From Cyanophora paradoxa CCMP329 (Eukaryota; Plantae; Glaucophyta), in the NCBI GenBank assembly GCA_004431415.1, contig QPMI01000161.1, forward strand, positions 124,001-188,000: DNA of 64,000 nt. The letters are read 5' to 3'. This document shows positions 15,651 to 28,976 of the stretch, piece after piece. Both the position numbers and the translations under genes were made by a program. A model generated the notes under the pieces. The model saw only the letters and a list, made by a program, of their open reading frames with translations, did not search any database and was not told where the DNA came from. Numbering within the stretch: position 1 is the stretch's first letter; each line of letters starts with the position of its first letter.

Positions 15651-17409
15651 CCGTCGGTGCTCCGATCCCTTCGCCTCACGGTCGACTCGAAGCCGTAGTC
15701 ACCGAGCCTCTTGCCCGCCTCAGCGACGTACCTGGAGCTGTACCCCGCGGCGTCGCCGGCGGAGGTCGCCCGCGCCGTCGTCGCCGCGTCGGCCGTCAAC
15801 GTCATCCTCGGCCTCCCCGCGTCCGCCCCGGGCCCCGCCCCGGCACCCCGCGCTCTTGAGCTCACGGCCGGGCTCTCGCAGGGGCACGCCCAACCGGCTG
15901 CTCTCCACGCGCGGTATTGTGAACTACAACCTCCCCTCCGCCCTACCCGCCGGTCCGCCCCGCCCCGGCCTCCTCCTTTTCTCCTGATCTGTTCGACTGA
16001 TCGCGACGTCGACCCTTCGCCGGCTGCAGCGACGGGCGCGTGCGCGTACGAGTGCCCTGAGAACTGCAGCAGCACGCCCTCGGTCCAGCAGGGCGTCTGC
16101 GCCTTCGGGAAGTGCGTCTGCAGCACGGGGTGGACGGGCGCGGCCTGCGGCACCCTCGCCTTCTGCGGAGTCGAGGCGGCGCAGCTCGACGTGTGCGAGG
16201 CTGCCGGGGTGCGGGGGAGCACGGCGGGCGGGGAGGCGACGTTCTACTTCCGCGTCCGCTCGACGGGCAACGTCCGCCTCTCCCTCTGCTCGCGCGCCAC
16301 CGACCACGACGCGAGCCTCCGAGTCTTCCGCAACTGCCCCGCCCCCCCGCCCCGCAACAAGGCCCTCGCCTACAGCGGTCCGCCCCCCCGGCCCCGTTTG
16401 CAGCTGCACCTCGCCCCAGCCGCTCGCGACTCTGGCCGCTTCGCGCACAGCGGCTGGGGAGGGTCCGATGTGCGGGGCGGGGCGCTCGCCCTCCAGCCCC
16501 CCCGAGCTCAACCTGTACCTGGCGCCGGGCTGGCGAGCCGCCTCTCCCCCTCGCCCTCTTGCGCTCTCTTACGTTGCGAGGCTCGCAGGTACTTTGCCGT
16601 GGTGGCGGGCCTGCGGGGCGCCCGCGGCTCGTTCGGCCTCTCCCTCCAGAGCCCCGCCTCCTGCGGCCGTGCGCCCCGCCCGTCGCCTCGCCTCGCCCAC
16701 GCCTCCTGCGCGCCTGACGCGGGCGGCGGGCGGCGCGCAGCGTCAGGGGTGCTCGAGCTGCAGTACTCGCAGCTCTGCGCCAACGTCCCCGCCATCAGCG
16801 CCTGCTCGGCCGTGCGCCGCCCCCCTCCTCCCGTCCCTCTCCCACCAGGATCCCCCCGGAACGTTGACGAATTCGAACCGCCTCAGAGCGTGAACGGGAG
16901 CACGGCGGGGGTACCCCCCATGGTCGGCACGAACCCCTCGGGGGGCCTCGTCTACCGCCTCGACGTTGCCGTACCCGGGCTCCACGCGTGCGCCCCGCGC
17001 CCCGTACCCCCTCGCCTTCTCCTCCGGATCTGACCGGCACGCCGTGGACCGGCCACGGCCAGGTTCGACCTGTGCTCCCCAGCGACGACCTTCGACACGA
17101 ACCTGGCCCTCTTCGCCTCGTGCCCCATGGGCCTGGCGGACCCCCTCGCCAGCCTCCGTCCGTGCTGTCCTTCCCTCCCCTTCCCGCCCCCTGCTTAATG
17201 CGCCGCGCCTTGCTTTCCTTCGATCTGCAGTGGCCGCGAACGACGACGGGCCGCCCTGCCGCGTGCACGGTGCCCCGCCGGCCTCGCAGCCCAGCGCCCT
17301 CTCCGCCGTGCTCCAGCCCGGCGTGTACTACCTCCTCGTGGAGGGGTACGGCGCCGCCTCGGGCAGCTTCGGCCTCAACGTCCGCGGGCCCGCCGGCTGC
17401 GTCCCGTGA
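13621..17409 (+). CDS. Secreted subtilase (S8), paralog 2, spliced
   Basis: Signal peptide [82 protein letters not shown]-like CPENCS. Same C-terminal modules and shared intron positions as paralog 1. Confidence 0.9.
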
Positions 17410-17800
17410 TCTGAGCACGTGCTCCGCTGCGGTGTCCCCGACGCGTTTGTATATACGTAAACAGCATAGCAAGCTAGCTGAACCCGCGCCTGGCCCTCGC
17501 TCGAGCTCGCGACCGTAGGAACCGTATTTGCATTCTCTCCAAGGCAAAGATGTAGTCTGTACAAGACGCCTCGGCGCGGGTCTCGGGAGGCCGCGGCCGC
17601 ACGGCGGGGCCGGCCCGTCAGTTAGCCGATCTTGCCAAGACCGCTGGCCTCCTGCGGGCGGGGCGGGTGAGCCGGGGCCGGAAAAGGAGGGCGCGCGGGC
17701 GGCACGGCACGGCACGCACGTTCCTAGGACGGGGAAGGCACAGGGGAAGGGCCGGGAAAGTTAGTGCGGCGCATGCGAACGAATCGAACGAAGCGCGGGC

Positions 17801-19042
17801 TCACTCCCAGGGGTACACGAGCCACGTCGCGTCGGTCTCCTGCGCCGGCGGGGAGCTCGGCGGAAGGCGAGCGACAGAAAACTACGAGAGAGCGGCGCAC
17901 GCGGGCGAAGAAGTCGGGCTTGTCGTCGGGGAACTTGCTCTCGGTGGACTTCCAGTGGAGGACGGCGACGGTGACGGAGGAGGCGCCGGCGCGGAGGACG
18001 CGGTCCTTCACCGCCATGATCGTCGAGCCCGTGTCCCAGCAGTCGTCCACCAGCAGCACCTTCTTCCCCTCGAAGATCACGTCGCTGCGCCCCCGCGGCG
18101 CGCCCGAGGCAACGATCAGCGGCGCGGCGGCCAAGGGCGAGGGCGGGGGCGTGGGGAGGCGGCAGCGCACTTCGGGAACTGAAGGAAGGCGGGCGTCTCG
18201 AGCGTCAGGCCCGCCGCGTTGCCCGTGTAGAACATCACCTGCCGGCGGCGTGTCGGCGGCGGGGCCGGGGGCGCGGGGCGCGGCGCGGCCGGGCGCGGCC
18301 GCACCGACGCGGTGAGGCACTGGCGCAGCTCAAGCGCCTCGCTGACAAGGCACCCGGGCACCATGCCTGCAGGACAGAGTCGGGAACAGTCTGCGCGAGT
18401 TGATGCGGTGTGGATTCGGACCGCCGCGGGTGATGGCCAGAAGCAGGTCGTACGTCCGACGCGCGGAGTTGCCGTGCAAGCTCTCCTTCAGCTGTTGCAC
18501 GACGTCGCCAGCTAGCTGCGTGACCTGCGGGCGGGGGCCTCGAACGGGCCCTGGTAAGTCGTTCCGCAAAAGGACGCGGACCTCGTCCCAGCTTATGACA
18601 AGACGCTTGTCCTCATCGAGCACATCGTCATCGGAGATGACTTCCGCCTGCGCGTCGCCTGGAACGATCGGGGGCGATCAGTCTTCGATCCTGTGCACAC
18701 GTCCCGAGGGTCGCTGCTCTCACTCTGGCCAGTGATCGTCAGGCGTTCGGCACGCCGCCGAACTTCAGTGTCGTTCTGAGAGGGTCGTAGTCCACGGTGC
18801 CGTCCCAGCCAGACGCACTGCGCGTACGTGGGCCCGCGTCACACGCGGGACGTCACTGGCCAGACAGTAGTCACGCGTACCGTCGCGGAACCGTGAAACG
18901 TGGATCGCACGGCTCCGGGGGCACGGGCAACGGTGCTCGACTCCCGGTGAGCTGGGGCAGACAGCGAAGAAATATGGGTCGTCTCTAAGCCCACGAAAGG
19001 GGCAGGGGCCCTGGCGAGGAGGGCGGCGTTCGCGAAAGCCAT
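17801..19042 (-). CDS. Type I phosphoribosyltransferase (xanthine/hypoxanthine-guanine PRT-like, prokaryote-type) with putative plastid transit peptide, spliced
   Basis: ISWDE, LLAITRGG|MVPG, VLLVDDCWDTGSTI (PRPP loop), WLVYPWE*. N-terminus MAFANAALLARAPAPF. Confidence 0.85.
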
Positions 19043-19231
19043 TGCCTGGGGGTACTGCAGAATTGCGTGGGGGTATAGGACACACAACACACCTCGACTT
19101 GTTCCGCAAGCCACGCGGCCGCAATCTTGAATCTTTAACGCGGGGCTTGACGTTGGTACAACAGGCGAGAAATCAGCCGTCTGGTTTCGGTGCCCGCTGT
19201 CCTTACGCGTGCGTTTTCATTCAGAACGAGA

Positions 19232-21269
19232 ATGGCGTCGACGTCGTTCGTAGCAGCCGTACCGTTGCCGACCGGGCGCCCTGCAGAACCTCGGCGGGTG
19301 AGTCTGCGTCCCCGCGCGTGCCGAAAAGCCGGCGGCGGCGCGCGGAGGCGTGCTGTAGAGTTCTGATCGAGCTTCAGGCGACGCTCCTGCGGCCGGCGGT
19401 GGCGCGGAAGCTGCGGCGGGCAGCGCCGGCGCACCCGCGGCCGCATCGCGCCGGCGGCGCCCCCCGCCTGCCCGCCATCGAGGCGGCAGACAACAATTCG
19501 ATTACCGGAACGCCGACGATCACTTGGAGCGACCCGCCGGCGGATCCCATGGATCCTTTCGGCAAGCGCGGCCCGCGCATCGAGGAGGGCGTCGCCCCGG
19601 GCAGCGTCGCCGTGCTGGGGAAGGCGAGCGCCGGCCACTCCTTCGCCTGCAGAGCCCCGGCGGCGACTCGCTGACCTCGGCTCGCAGTTCGACGCGCTGC
19701 ACAGGGGCCACCGCTCGCTGGCCTCGCGGGCGGCCGACGTCGGGAACCCCGTCCTCTTGAGCTTCAACCAGATGGCGCGCCCCCTCGGCTTCCGCTCTGC
19801 GCTGCCGACTCGCTGACTCGCCCGGCGACGCGGGGCAGGCGGCCGTGCTGGGCTGGGAGGGCCGCCTCCCCTTCGTGGCCCCCGCCGACCGCCACCGCGT
19901 CCTCTCCGGCTGGGCCGCCCTCGTCAACGTCCGCAAACCCCCCGCCCCCGCCTGCAGCCTCCGCACGAGCCCGCTGACGCCGCCCTCGCCCCCGCAGAGG
20001 CCGGTGGGGTACCTCACCCTGCCCTTCGGCCAGATCCGCGAGATGCAGGTGCGCCCGTGCCCTCCTGGCCGGCCCGCCCCGAGGCCCGAGTTCTCCCGTA
20101 CTCCAGCCGCGGGATTTCGTTGGGCTCCTGCGGGACATGGGATTCGAGGGGGCGGTCGCCGGCCACAATTTCAGGTTCGGCGGAAGAGGGGAAATGTCGC
20201 TTCGTGCCTGGCCGGACCCATCCGAACAAAGCGTTTTCTCAACTCAGGTTTGGCTACCACCGCACGGGCGACATCCAGGCCCGTGCACGTGCCCCCCATC
20301 CGGTTTTCCCCTCGCCCCGCGTCCGAGCAGGGGTACCCGCGCAGGCGCTGCACGCGCACGGGGCAACTTTCGGCCTTCGCACCGCGTGCCTCGCCATCGT
20401 ACCCGACGACAGGCACGCCCCTAGGGCCCCCCGCGCACCCTGGTCGCTCTTACTCCCCTCCTCTCACAGGGAGGGTACGCCGGTGAGCTCGACGCGGTGC
20501 AGGCGTGCGCTGGCGGCGGGAGACTTGCCACTGACCACCGAGCTGCTCGGGAGGCCCCACCGGTACCCCCCCCCCCCCCCCCCCCCCCCCCGCGGCCCCC
20601 GCCCCCGCCCCCCGCGTCCCGTCCTGTGCCCCCCGCCTCGCATCCCCGCACATCTGAACCCCCCTCCCCTTGCCAGGGTGCTGGGCGAGGCGGAGGCACT
20701 GCCGGCGCCCGCAACGCCGGCGGGGGATGGAGCCTCGGATGCAGAGGGCCCCGGATTCGAACCGGAGCTGGTTGTGCGGAGACCCGTCAACTTCTGCCCG
20801 CCCCCGGGGCGCTACTGCGGGTACCTGCGGGCCCCCGGCCTCGCTGCCGCCCTCCCCAGCCTGGTGCTGCCGCCGCGCTCTGAGCAGGGGGCGGGGCTGC
20901 GCGCGCGGTTCGAGGGCTGAGCTGCGGGGCGGGCAGCTGGAGGTGCGGGAGGGCGAGCGGAGCCTCGAGCTCTACATCGCGCCCCTCTCCGAGGGCCCCA
21001 GGGCGCGCCCCCGCCCCCCCTCAAGCTCGCCGCCCCATGGCCAGGCCCTGCGCCCCGCCGGGCTGACTGCGGCAGCAGGCGGGGCAGCTGCAGGGTCCGG
21101 TGGGGCTGGACCTGATCGACGCGGTCGCCTCCCCGTGCGTCCCCCGCCCCGGCCCCCTGCAATGCTGCATCTTGCCTGACGCGAGGCCGCCGCTTCCGTC
21201 GCCCCGCACGCCCCAAGGTACGAGGCGATGAGCGTTCTGAGGCAGGGCTCCCGGCCTCCTTGCGCATAG
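19232..21269 (+). CDS. RIBF: Plant-type plastid FAD synthetase (RibF-like), spliced
   Basis: N-terminus MASTSFVAAVP, VAVLGK|FDALHRGH, LLSFNQM|AAVLGWEGRLPFVAPADRHRVL, GHNF.FG, VSSTRCRRALAAGD, LLGRPHR, NFCPPPGRY. 3' end approximate. Confidence 0.8.
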
Positions 21270-22216
21270 CACCGACTCTGCCACCGAGCCGCCGAGCACT
21301 TGAGCAAAAAACGTCTGCGCATCCGGCCGCGGCTGTACATGCCATGATGTTCTAGACTTCTAGTACTGTACTACGGTACGTATACAATTGCAAGTGATTC
21401 TTTTATGATGGGAACCGCTTTTGAACAGTAACAACGCTGTTACAACTTACAACAGTTTACTAAGTTAGAAACTTGAAACATGAAGGCTTTTTGAATCCGC
21501 CATTTTTCGAATTCTTGTGCATGTACATGTGCGGTCACACGTGCACTGCGGCACTGCGGTGAATTCCATTGGTACGGGTACACTGATCCGGGCTGTCAAC
21601 TGGCCACTGCCGCGCACTGCGGCCATGGCGACGCCATGGATTCACGATTCATCCTAAGATTTCTAACCCCAAGGTCCCCAACAGCAGCTGCAGCAACTTG
21701 CAATTGGCAATCGCGTCGAGTCGCCGTCGACTCGGCGTCCGACGGTCGACGTCGTCGCGTCGATCGACGTCGAGTCCGACGGTCGACGATCGAGTCGGAT
21801 CGACTCGACGTCGCGGATCTCCGTCTCTAATGACTCTCATGAGTCTCATCACTAAGCGTCCATCGCTGTCAGCGAGCTGTCGGACCGGCGGAGCGGCGGA
21901 GCCTGTGGCCTGTAGCCTGTAGGCTGTCCGATCGCTGTCGCCAGTAACTACTAACTAGCTGTCGCCAGCGCCGGCATCAATATCGGATCGCGTATCGAAG
22001 GCGCTAGCGAACGAGCGCGTATGCGCATGCGCGTATGGACAGCAGCTGCTGCGGCGCATTCGTCCGCATAGATGCATCCTTGAGCGGGCCGGCCGCTGCG
22101 CTACTGGTGGTGCCACGGTGGACGCTGGCGCGTGCTCGCCGGCGCGGAGGCCTAGCCTAGTAGGCCCCGCCCATGCCACATGGCCCGGGGCGCTGACGGG
22201 TCTGGACGCGGAAGAA

Positions 22217-25101
22217 TGATGTCTCAGGTCGCTGCAATCTTGAAGCTCTTGCGCGGATGAGGGCGTCAGCGGCTGACCCATGGCATGACCGCTCGCAGGA
22301 GCCCGAGGATGCCGCGGGCGCTGAGAGCAAGTGCTCTTGGAGTCCGCGCTGGAGCGTCGAATCCACGTCCGGCGCGGGAGCGGTGCCGCACCCGCACTCT
22401 GCAGCGGCCGCCGCGGGGGGCTTGCTGGACGGACTCCGCGCCGCCGTGCAGTCACTTGCGAGCGCCTCGGGGGCCGACGGGGCCGTCATCCTGCCCCTCC
22501 CCGCCCTCTTCGGAGGCAGCGGCGCAATCACCTCCCTCTCCTGCCAGGTCCTTCGCCCCCGCCTCCCACCTCCACCACCCCCTTCCAGTCCTAAAATTCT
22601 CCAACTCCGCATCCCCATCTCCCACGCCCGCCCCAAAACCAAGTTCCTCTCTTATGGGGGGCTGCGGCAGCTCCCGCCGCGGGCGCTGCAGTGGATGTGG
22701 TCCCTCTGCGAGCGGCTGGCGGCGCAGGAGGACCGAGACGCGCCCGTCTGCGTGTGGTCAGCCCCGCCTGGCGTCGATGCCGGAGTCCCCGCCTCCTCCG
22801 AGTCCTCGGGCCTCAGCTCCACGGCCGTGGCCGCGGTTCGCGCCGAATTCGTTGCGAGCGGCCGAGTCGGTCATCTCACGCGAGGGCGCGGCGCGGGGAC
22901 TGCAGGAGCAGGCGGGGGCGGGAGGCGAGGGGCGCGGGGCGTGCCCCGGGGTCGCCTCCATCGCCTTCGTGGAGGCGTCGTACCGCGGGCAGCGCCTCGC
23001 CTTCGTCGCTGCGTACGCCTCGCGGGCCCGGACCTGGGGCCCCCACTTCCCCCTCCTCGACTTCGCCTCCCACTCCGTGCGCCCGCTTCTTTCCCTCCCT
23101 CTTCCTTTCTTTTCTGGCATTGATCGCGGGGCCTTCGCATTCTGCCCTCCCCATCTCCACCAGATCGGGGCCGCCCTCCACCACGCACTCGCCCTGGCGG
23201 TCGCCCCGCCCCTGGCCCCGGCCCCGGCCCCGGTTGCCCCTCTCCAGCCTACGAGCTCGGGCGCCGCGGCCGTCGCCGGGCCGCATCCAGATCCGGACTC
23301 GCCCGCCTCTTCGCTTGGGGATCGCCGCGAGTCCGCCTCCCTCGCCTCTCCCGCCGCCTCCCCGCACGCGGTGCGAGGCTAACGCCGCCCCGCCCGGCCG
23401 GCGGCTTCTGCGCCCCGCCTCCTGCTGTCTCATCCCTCGCGTTCCGCGCAGGCCTCGCCTCTGGCGCTGCCTCTGCCCCCGCCCAAGCGCCGCCGAGTCG
23501 TCCCTGACCGCGCCTGCGAGCCCGGCAACGGCGGCGACAGCGAGGACGCCGCAAGCGTGCGCCCCCCCACTGGCCGGCATCTGGCCGCCGGCGCGCGTCG
23601 CTCCAGATCTGACCGGCCCGCCGGCGCGGCGCGCAGGCGGAGCTCGAGGCGGCCTCCGCGGCCCTCTCGGCCCTCCGCTGCCCCCCTCCAAACCCTTCCC
23701 CCGAAGCCTGCCGAGTCCCTCCCCCGCGCCCCCTCCTCGCCGCCCTCCAAGCCGCGTGCGCAGCATCCCGGCCCCCCGTCGCGCCCCCTCGACCCCTCTG
23801 ACTCTGACGCCTCCTTGAATGCGAACGGCAGGGCGGACGCGGTGCGCGGGGCCTCCGGTGCGCTGGACGAGCAGGAGGAGTCCAATCCCGAGGCCTGCAC
23901 CGGGGCCGCCTCGCCGGAGCCGGCCCTGCATGCGCACCAGCAGGCGCAGGGCCGGCGGCCGCGCGCGCGGGAGCTCCTGCTCGCCATGGCCCCGCCCCCG
24001 CCGGCCCCCGCCGGCAGCCTCCGCGACTGCATCGAGGCCGCGCTCGCGCTCGCCGCTGCGGCCGCCAGCGCCCGCCGCCTCGAGGTCGACTGGGTGGTGC
24101 CCCCCTCGCTGCGGGACGACCCGCCCTGCCCCGCCCCGGCCCTCCGCCGCCTCCTCTTCCTCCTCCTCACCGCCGCCGCCCGCTGCGCCCCGCGGGGCGG
24201 CGCCCTCACGCTGTGCCTGAGCGAGGGCCCCGCCTCGCCGGACGCCGAGGCGTACACGCGGCGGGGCTCGCCCTTCAGGCACCGCCCCCCGCCCGAGCGC
24301 GAGCTGCGGATCGACGCCCTCGCCCGCCCCGTGCGCCCGCCCTGCGCCCCGGGCCCCCCGCCGGCGCCGCGCCTGACGATGCGAGGCGGCAGAGCGTTGG
24401 CGACGACGCGGCGGGGGCGCTGGAGGAGGGGTCGGGGTGGGCCTGCGGGACAGCGAGCTGCCGGTGGCCGTGCTGGGCCCCCTCGCCGCCCTCCGCCGCC
24501 TCGCCGCGCCCCTCGCCGCCACCCTCCGCTCCCTCTCCTCCCGCCCCGACCGCCCCGCCCGGACCGCTTCTCCCTCCGCATCCCCTACCCCACGCCCCGC
24601 CCCGCCCCGCCTCGCCCCGGCCCCTCCCGCCCCACCCTCGGCCCTCGTCATCGTCTCCCCCTCGCCGGCCCTCCGTCGGGCCGCCTCGGAGCACGGGCGC
24701 GCCGCCGGCTGCTCCGCCGTCTTCGCTGCCGCCTCCCCGCGGCCGCCCGCGCTGCCCTCGCCCTCCACCTCGCCGCCCCTGGCCCCGGCGCCGCCCTCCG
24801 CCGCCGCGGCGCCCGCCCTCCTCCTCGTCGACGCCCGCGCGCTGCCGCCGGCGCTGTCCCCCCGGGACTCGGCCCCCCTGGCCGAGCTCTGCGCGGCCGC
24901 CCCGGGGGCCGCCCTCCTCCACCTCGCGCACCCCCTCTGCCCCTCCCCGGCGCCCCCGGCCCCGCCCTTCCTCGCCTCCCTGCCCCGGCCCCTCTGCCCC
25001 GCCGCCCTCCTCGCCGCCCTCCTGCCCCCCTCCAGCGCCCCCTCGCCCGGCTCGGAGGTCCCCCCTCTCCCCACCGCCTCGGCGGCTCGCGCTCAAGCCT
25101 G
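22217..25101 (+). CDS. Degenerate hybrid histidine-kinase-like protein (HATPase-like and receiver-like remnants), spliced
   Basis: SLRDCIEAALAL...RRLEVDWVVPP...LRRLLFLLLTAAARCAPRGGALTLCL resembles the HK N-box region. C-terminal LLLVD...LPRPLCPAALLAAL resembles a receiver. Catalytic residues not found. Confidence 0.5.
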
Positions 25102-26174
25102 ATGCCCTCACGGCCCTCCAAAGCCGGCGCGTGCCCCGCCGCCAAGTCCGCGGTAGAGGATGCAACACACACACACACGCGCGCGCGCGCGGACTTTCAT
25201 CGACTAGAAGGAGAATCTAATTTGCACGACGTCGGCGTGCACACTGCTCGTACTCGCTCGCACCCGAATCGCCGTAGTGCGCGTCACTTTCGAATTCGCT
25301 GAATGTTTTTGCTTCTGACAGTGACTAAATATTTATATTTACATGTCCTAGTGGCGTTCAACGGTTGATGTAGGCAGGCCGCTTGGTCGGTTCAAACTCG
25401 CGAAACATAGTTCGACGGTTTCTTGCAAAAAAATGTACACGTAAACGTTCCCCCTGGGTGTACCTTAAGCTTAGTAGTGTCGACGTCATGTTCATTCTAA
25501 TTACCAAAACAGCTATACTATAGCTAAGATATATTGTACTGTAATTATAACTTGTCAGTGACAGCCGACTCGGCGAACTTCGGAAATCAATCTTTTCGCA
25601 ACCGTTGAATTCGAACGTTAGCTATAGCGCGTAGTCGCCAGTTTCTAGATCTTTTTCCAGATTCAATCGTAATGATTCCGAGCTCGATCCGATGATCGCG
25701 AGTTTTTTTGTCACAGTGTGTCCAAATATAATCATGCAACCACCGTGGCACGCCGTGACGTGCACCGTCCCGGTATACCGCGGTACTACGGTACGAGTTA
25801 CTGAGTGAGACACCACCAGAGACCCCGGGCCCGACGTCGACAGTGACTGGCCAGGTGGTACTCGCGATCGGTATGCATCTCAAATTTAAAGATGTGAATT
25901 CTTAGTTACATGCAGAACCCGAAGGCTCAAGATCACGAATATTCCAACTAGATCTCATGAATATTACCAATAACTAGATCCTGATCACCACTCGAGCTCA
26001 GCACAGCGGCCTCTCCTGCAGTCTCCTGCAGAGGCCGGCTGTACTAGACTACCGGCTGTACTAGACTAGGTTACCAGGCTATGCAACTTGGCGGGAGCAA
26101 TTGCAAGCAAGAAGCGTATACGCTCGCAGGGCACTGCGGATGCAGCAGGGGGCGCGTGGGCGCCGAGGCCAGCG

Positions 26175-28976
26175 CTATCGGGCGCCGGCAGAGGCGGCCT
26201 GCGGGCTGAAGGTGGCGGCTCGGAGGAGGCCCCCCCGGGGGGCAGCGGCTGGCTCGGGGGCGCGGGGCGGGGCGGCGGCTGCCGCCTCGGGCCTCGCGGC
26301 CGCTGCCCTCACCAAAGACGGGGAGAGGGAGCGGGCCTCGGCGGGCCCCTCCAGCTCCAGCAGCCGCCCCCGAGGCTGCCCCGACGTCGCCCCCTCCACG
26401 CCCGCCCCGCCCTGCCAGGCCGACCCCGAGGGCGAGCCGGCGGCGCTCGGGACGGAGGCGGAGGCGGGGCGGGGCGGCTGCGGGGAGAGGGAGATGGCGC
26501 GGCGCGTCGGGTCGCGCACGAGGCGCGAGAGGCCCCGCCCGATGCTCTGCAGCACCCGCTTCAACCGCGCCGAGCGCCTGCGCGGCTCCGGCGACGCCGC
26601 CGCCGCCGCCGCCGCCGCCGGCTGCTGCAGGGGGCCGCCGGCGGGGCGGAGGCGGGGGAGGCCGACGGGCTCTCCGGGGAAGAAGGGGCCTCCGACGCCG
26701 GCCAGCCGGCCCCGCTACCCCCGCCCCGCCCCTCTGCGAGGGCGTGCGGCTCGCGGCGAGGGAGCCGGCGACAGGGGTGCCCCGCCACTCCTCCGCATCC
26801 TCGCCCTCGCCCTCAGCCTCCGGCGGCTCGGGGTGGGGCACAGGGCGGGGTCGGGTACGAAGGAGGGAAGAGGGGGTAGGGGAGGGGCGCGCCGCGGGGG
26901 CGGCGAGCAGGGGGAGCCCCCGAGGGCCCGAAGAAGGAGTCCACGAGGGACTCTGCCGAGGGCGGCGCCGGCGGGGGCGGGGCCGGCTCGGGGGCGGGCG
27001 GGGGCGGGCGGTGCGAGGGGCCGGGGCCCCCGCCACGCGCCGGCCGGCCGCGCTCCGAGGCCGGGGGGTCCACGTCCGGGGAGCCGGGGAGGCGGGGGCC
27101 GGGGCCCACGCCGGCCTCGGGCGCCGGGCGCGCGGTGGCGCCGGGGGCGGAGCGGGAGGTGGGGAGGCACCCCGCGGGGGCAGGGGGAGCAGCAGGTCCC
27201 CGGGGGCAGGGCGGCGGGGGCCGAGAGCGAGGGTGCGCTCACGCGGGAGGAGGAGGGCCCGGAGGAGGGTGGTGGGGGAGGACGGGGAGGGCCCGCCGGG
27301 CGAGCGCCGCGTGCCGCCAGACGCTCGCCATCGCCGCCTCCACCGCCCCCTGCCCGCGCGCCCCGCCCCGTCCGAGTCAGAGCACCGCAGGCGCGGAAGC
27401 AACGCGGGGCGGGGCGGCGGGGCGGACCGGAGGGCGCGGCGGGTGTGGGCGAGGTCCCTCGCGGCGCCCGCCACCGCCGCCCGCGCCGCCTCGTCCGCAC
27501 CGTCCCGCCCCGCCTCCAGCTCCTCCTCCCTGGCGCGACGCCGGTCGGCAGGTGAGAGAGGTTGGGGGCGGGGCGGGGCGCCTGGCGAGGGGCACCGGAG
27601 GCGGGCGGCGGCGGCGCAGCGGCGCTCGGCCTCCAGCAGCGCCGCGAGCTCGCGGCGCAGGGCCGAGCGCTCGACCTCGCGCACCAGCGCCGCGGCCGCC
27701 CCGTCGACGCGGTCGCCCTAGAGGACGAGGTGACGCTGGAGGCTCGAGACGGGCGGTGCGGCAGAGAGGGCCGACCTGGAGGCGGGCGAGGTGGACGGTG
27801 CGGGAGGGGCAGGCGACGCGGTGCGCCTCGACGGCGTCGCGCGTCCCCCGGAAGAGGCAGCCGTCCGCGGCGTACGCGCACGCCGCCCGCCCGCACGCCA
27901 CGCCGTGCTCCGCGTGGTGCACCCGCAGCACCGGCCCGCACTCGCCCGCCCCGTTCGGGCACGGCAGCGGCTCGTACGGGCAGACCGCGCGGTGCTGCGG
28001 GAGCCTGCGGGCGGCTCGGCTCGGTGGGAGCAGCGCGCGAGCGGCTGAGAAGAGGCGCACTCGCGGAGGCAGACGCGGGCGGTGCAGCCGCGGATGGCGT
28101 TGGCGCAGGGCCCCGGCCGCAGCGCGCAGACCCGGTTGTGCTCCGCGCACTGGCGGCTGCGGAGGCGCTCCTGGCAGAAGGGGCACACCACCGGCCTCTC
28201 CGTGCACCGCAGCAGGTGCTGCGGCAGCTCCGAGCGCACGATCCGCCCGCACGTCCCGTCTGCGCCGCCCCGCAGCGCCCGAGGCCGAGTGAGGAGGCCG
28301 TAACGGGAAGGCGGCAGAGGGGAGGGGAGGCTGCGGGGCGGACCGCCGTGGGGGCAGGAGACGGGGAGCCACGGGCACTCCTCGTCGTGCCTCTGGCGCT
28401 CGCTGAGCACGCCGGTCCACCCGCACCCTAAGTCGGCGCGCTTGCAGCGGATGCGCAGCCGCCCGATGGCCGCCTGCAGCTCCGGCAGCGGCCGCAGCGG
28501 CTCCTCCGGCTGCAGCGGCTGCCGGCACGACGGGCACGAGGGCGCGACCTGCAGCCACTTCCTGAGGCACCGCCTGCAGAAGCGGTGGTGCCGGCTGCAC
28601 GCCTCCACGGGGCTGTCTGCGGGGCCGGAGGGTCGGCGGAGCGCGCGCCGCGTTCGTGGGCGAGGGGAGGGAAGCGAAGCGTGCGAGTCTCTCGCAGACG
28701 GAGGATCTGTTTCTAGGGCGATGGCGCAACCCGCCGTTCGCACGCCGGCAGCGGAGGGATGGCCGGAAAGCGAAAACGACCCGGGTCGGATAGCGGGAGC
28801 CCCACGTAGGCGCAAGCGAAGACACACCTAGCACGTCGATACAGATGTTGCAGGTGTAGTCCTCTGGCGGCGCGTCGAGGAAGAGCGCCGAGCTGAGCGC
28901 GCCCAGCTGCAGGATCAGCGATCGGGGGCCTCACACTCGAGGCGAGTGGGGGCGGCCGACGCAACTGGAGACCCAT
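26175..28976 (-). CDS. RING finger + TRAF-type zinc-finger protein (putative E3 ligase), spliced
   Basis: YTCNICIDVL...CSRHHRFCRRCL...SCPSCR, LRIRC...GCGWTG...HDEECP, repeated C-x2-4-C...H-x3-C fingers, then coiled-coil/low-complexity tail. 3' end approximate. Confidence 0.85.
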
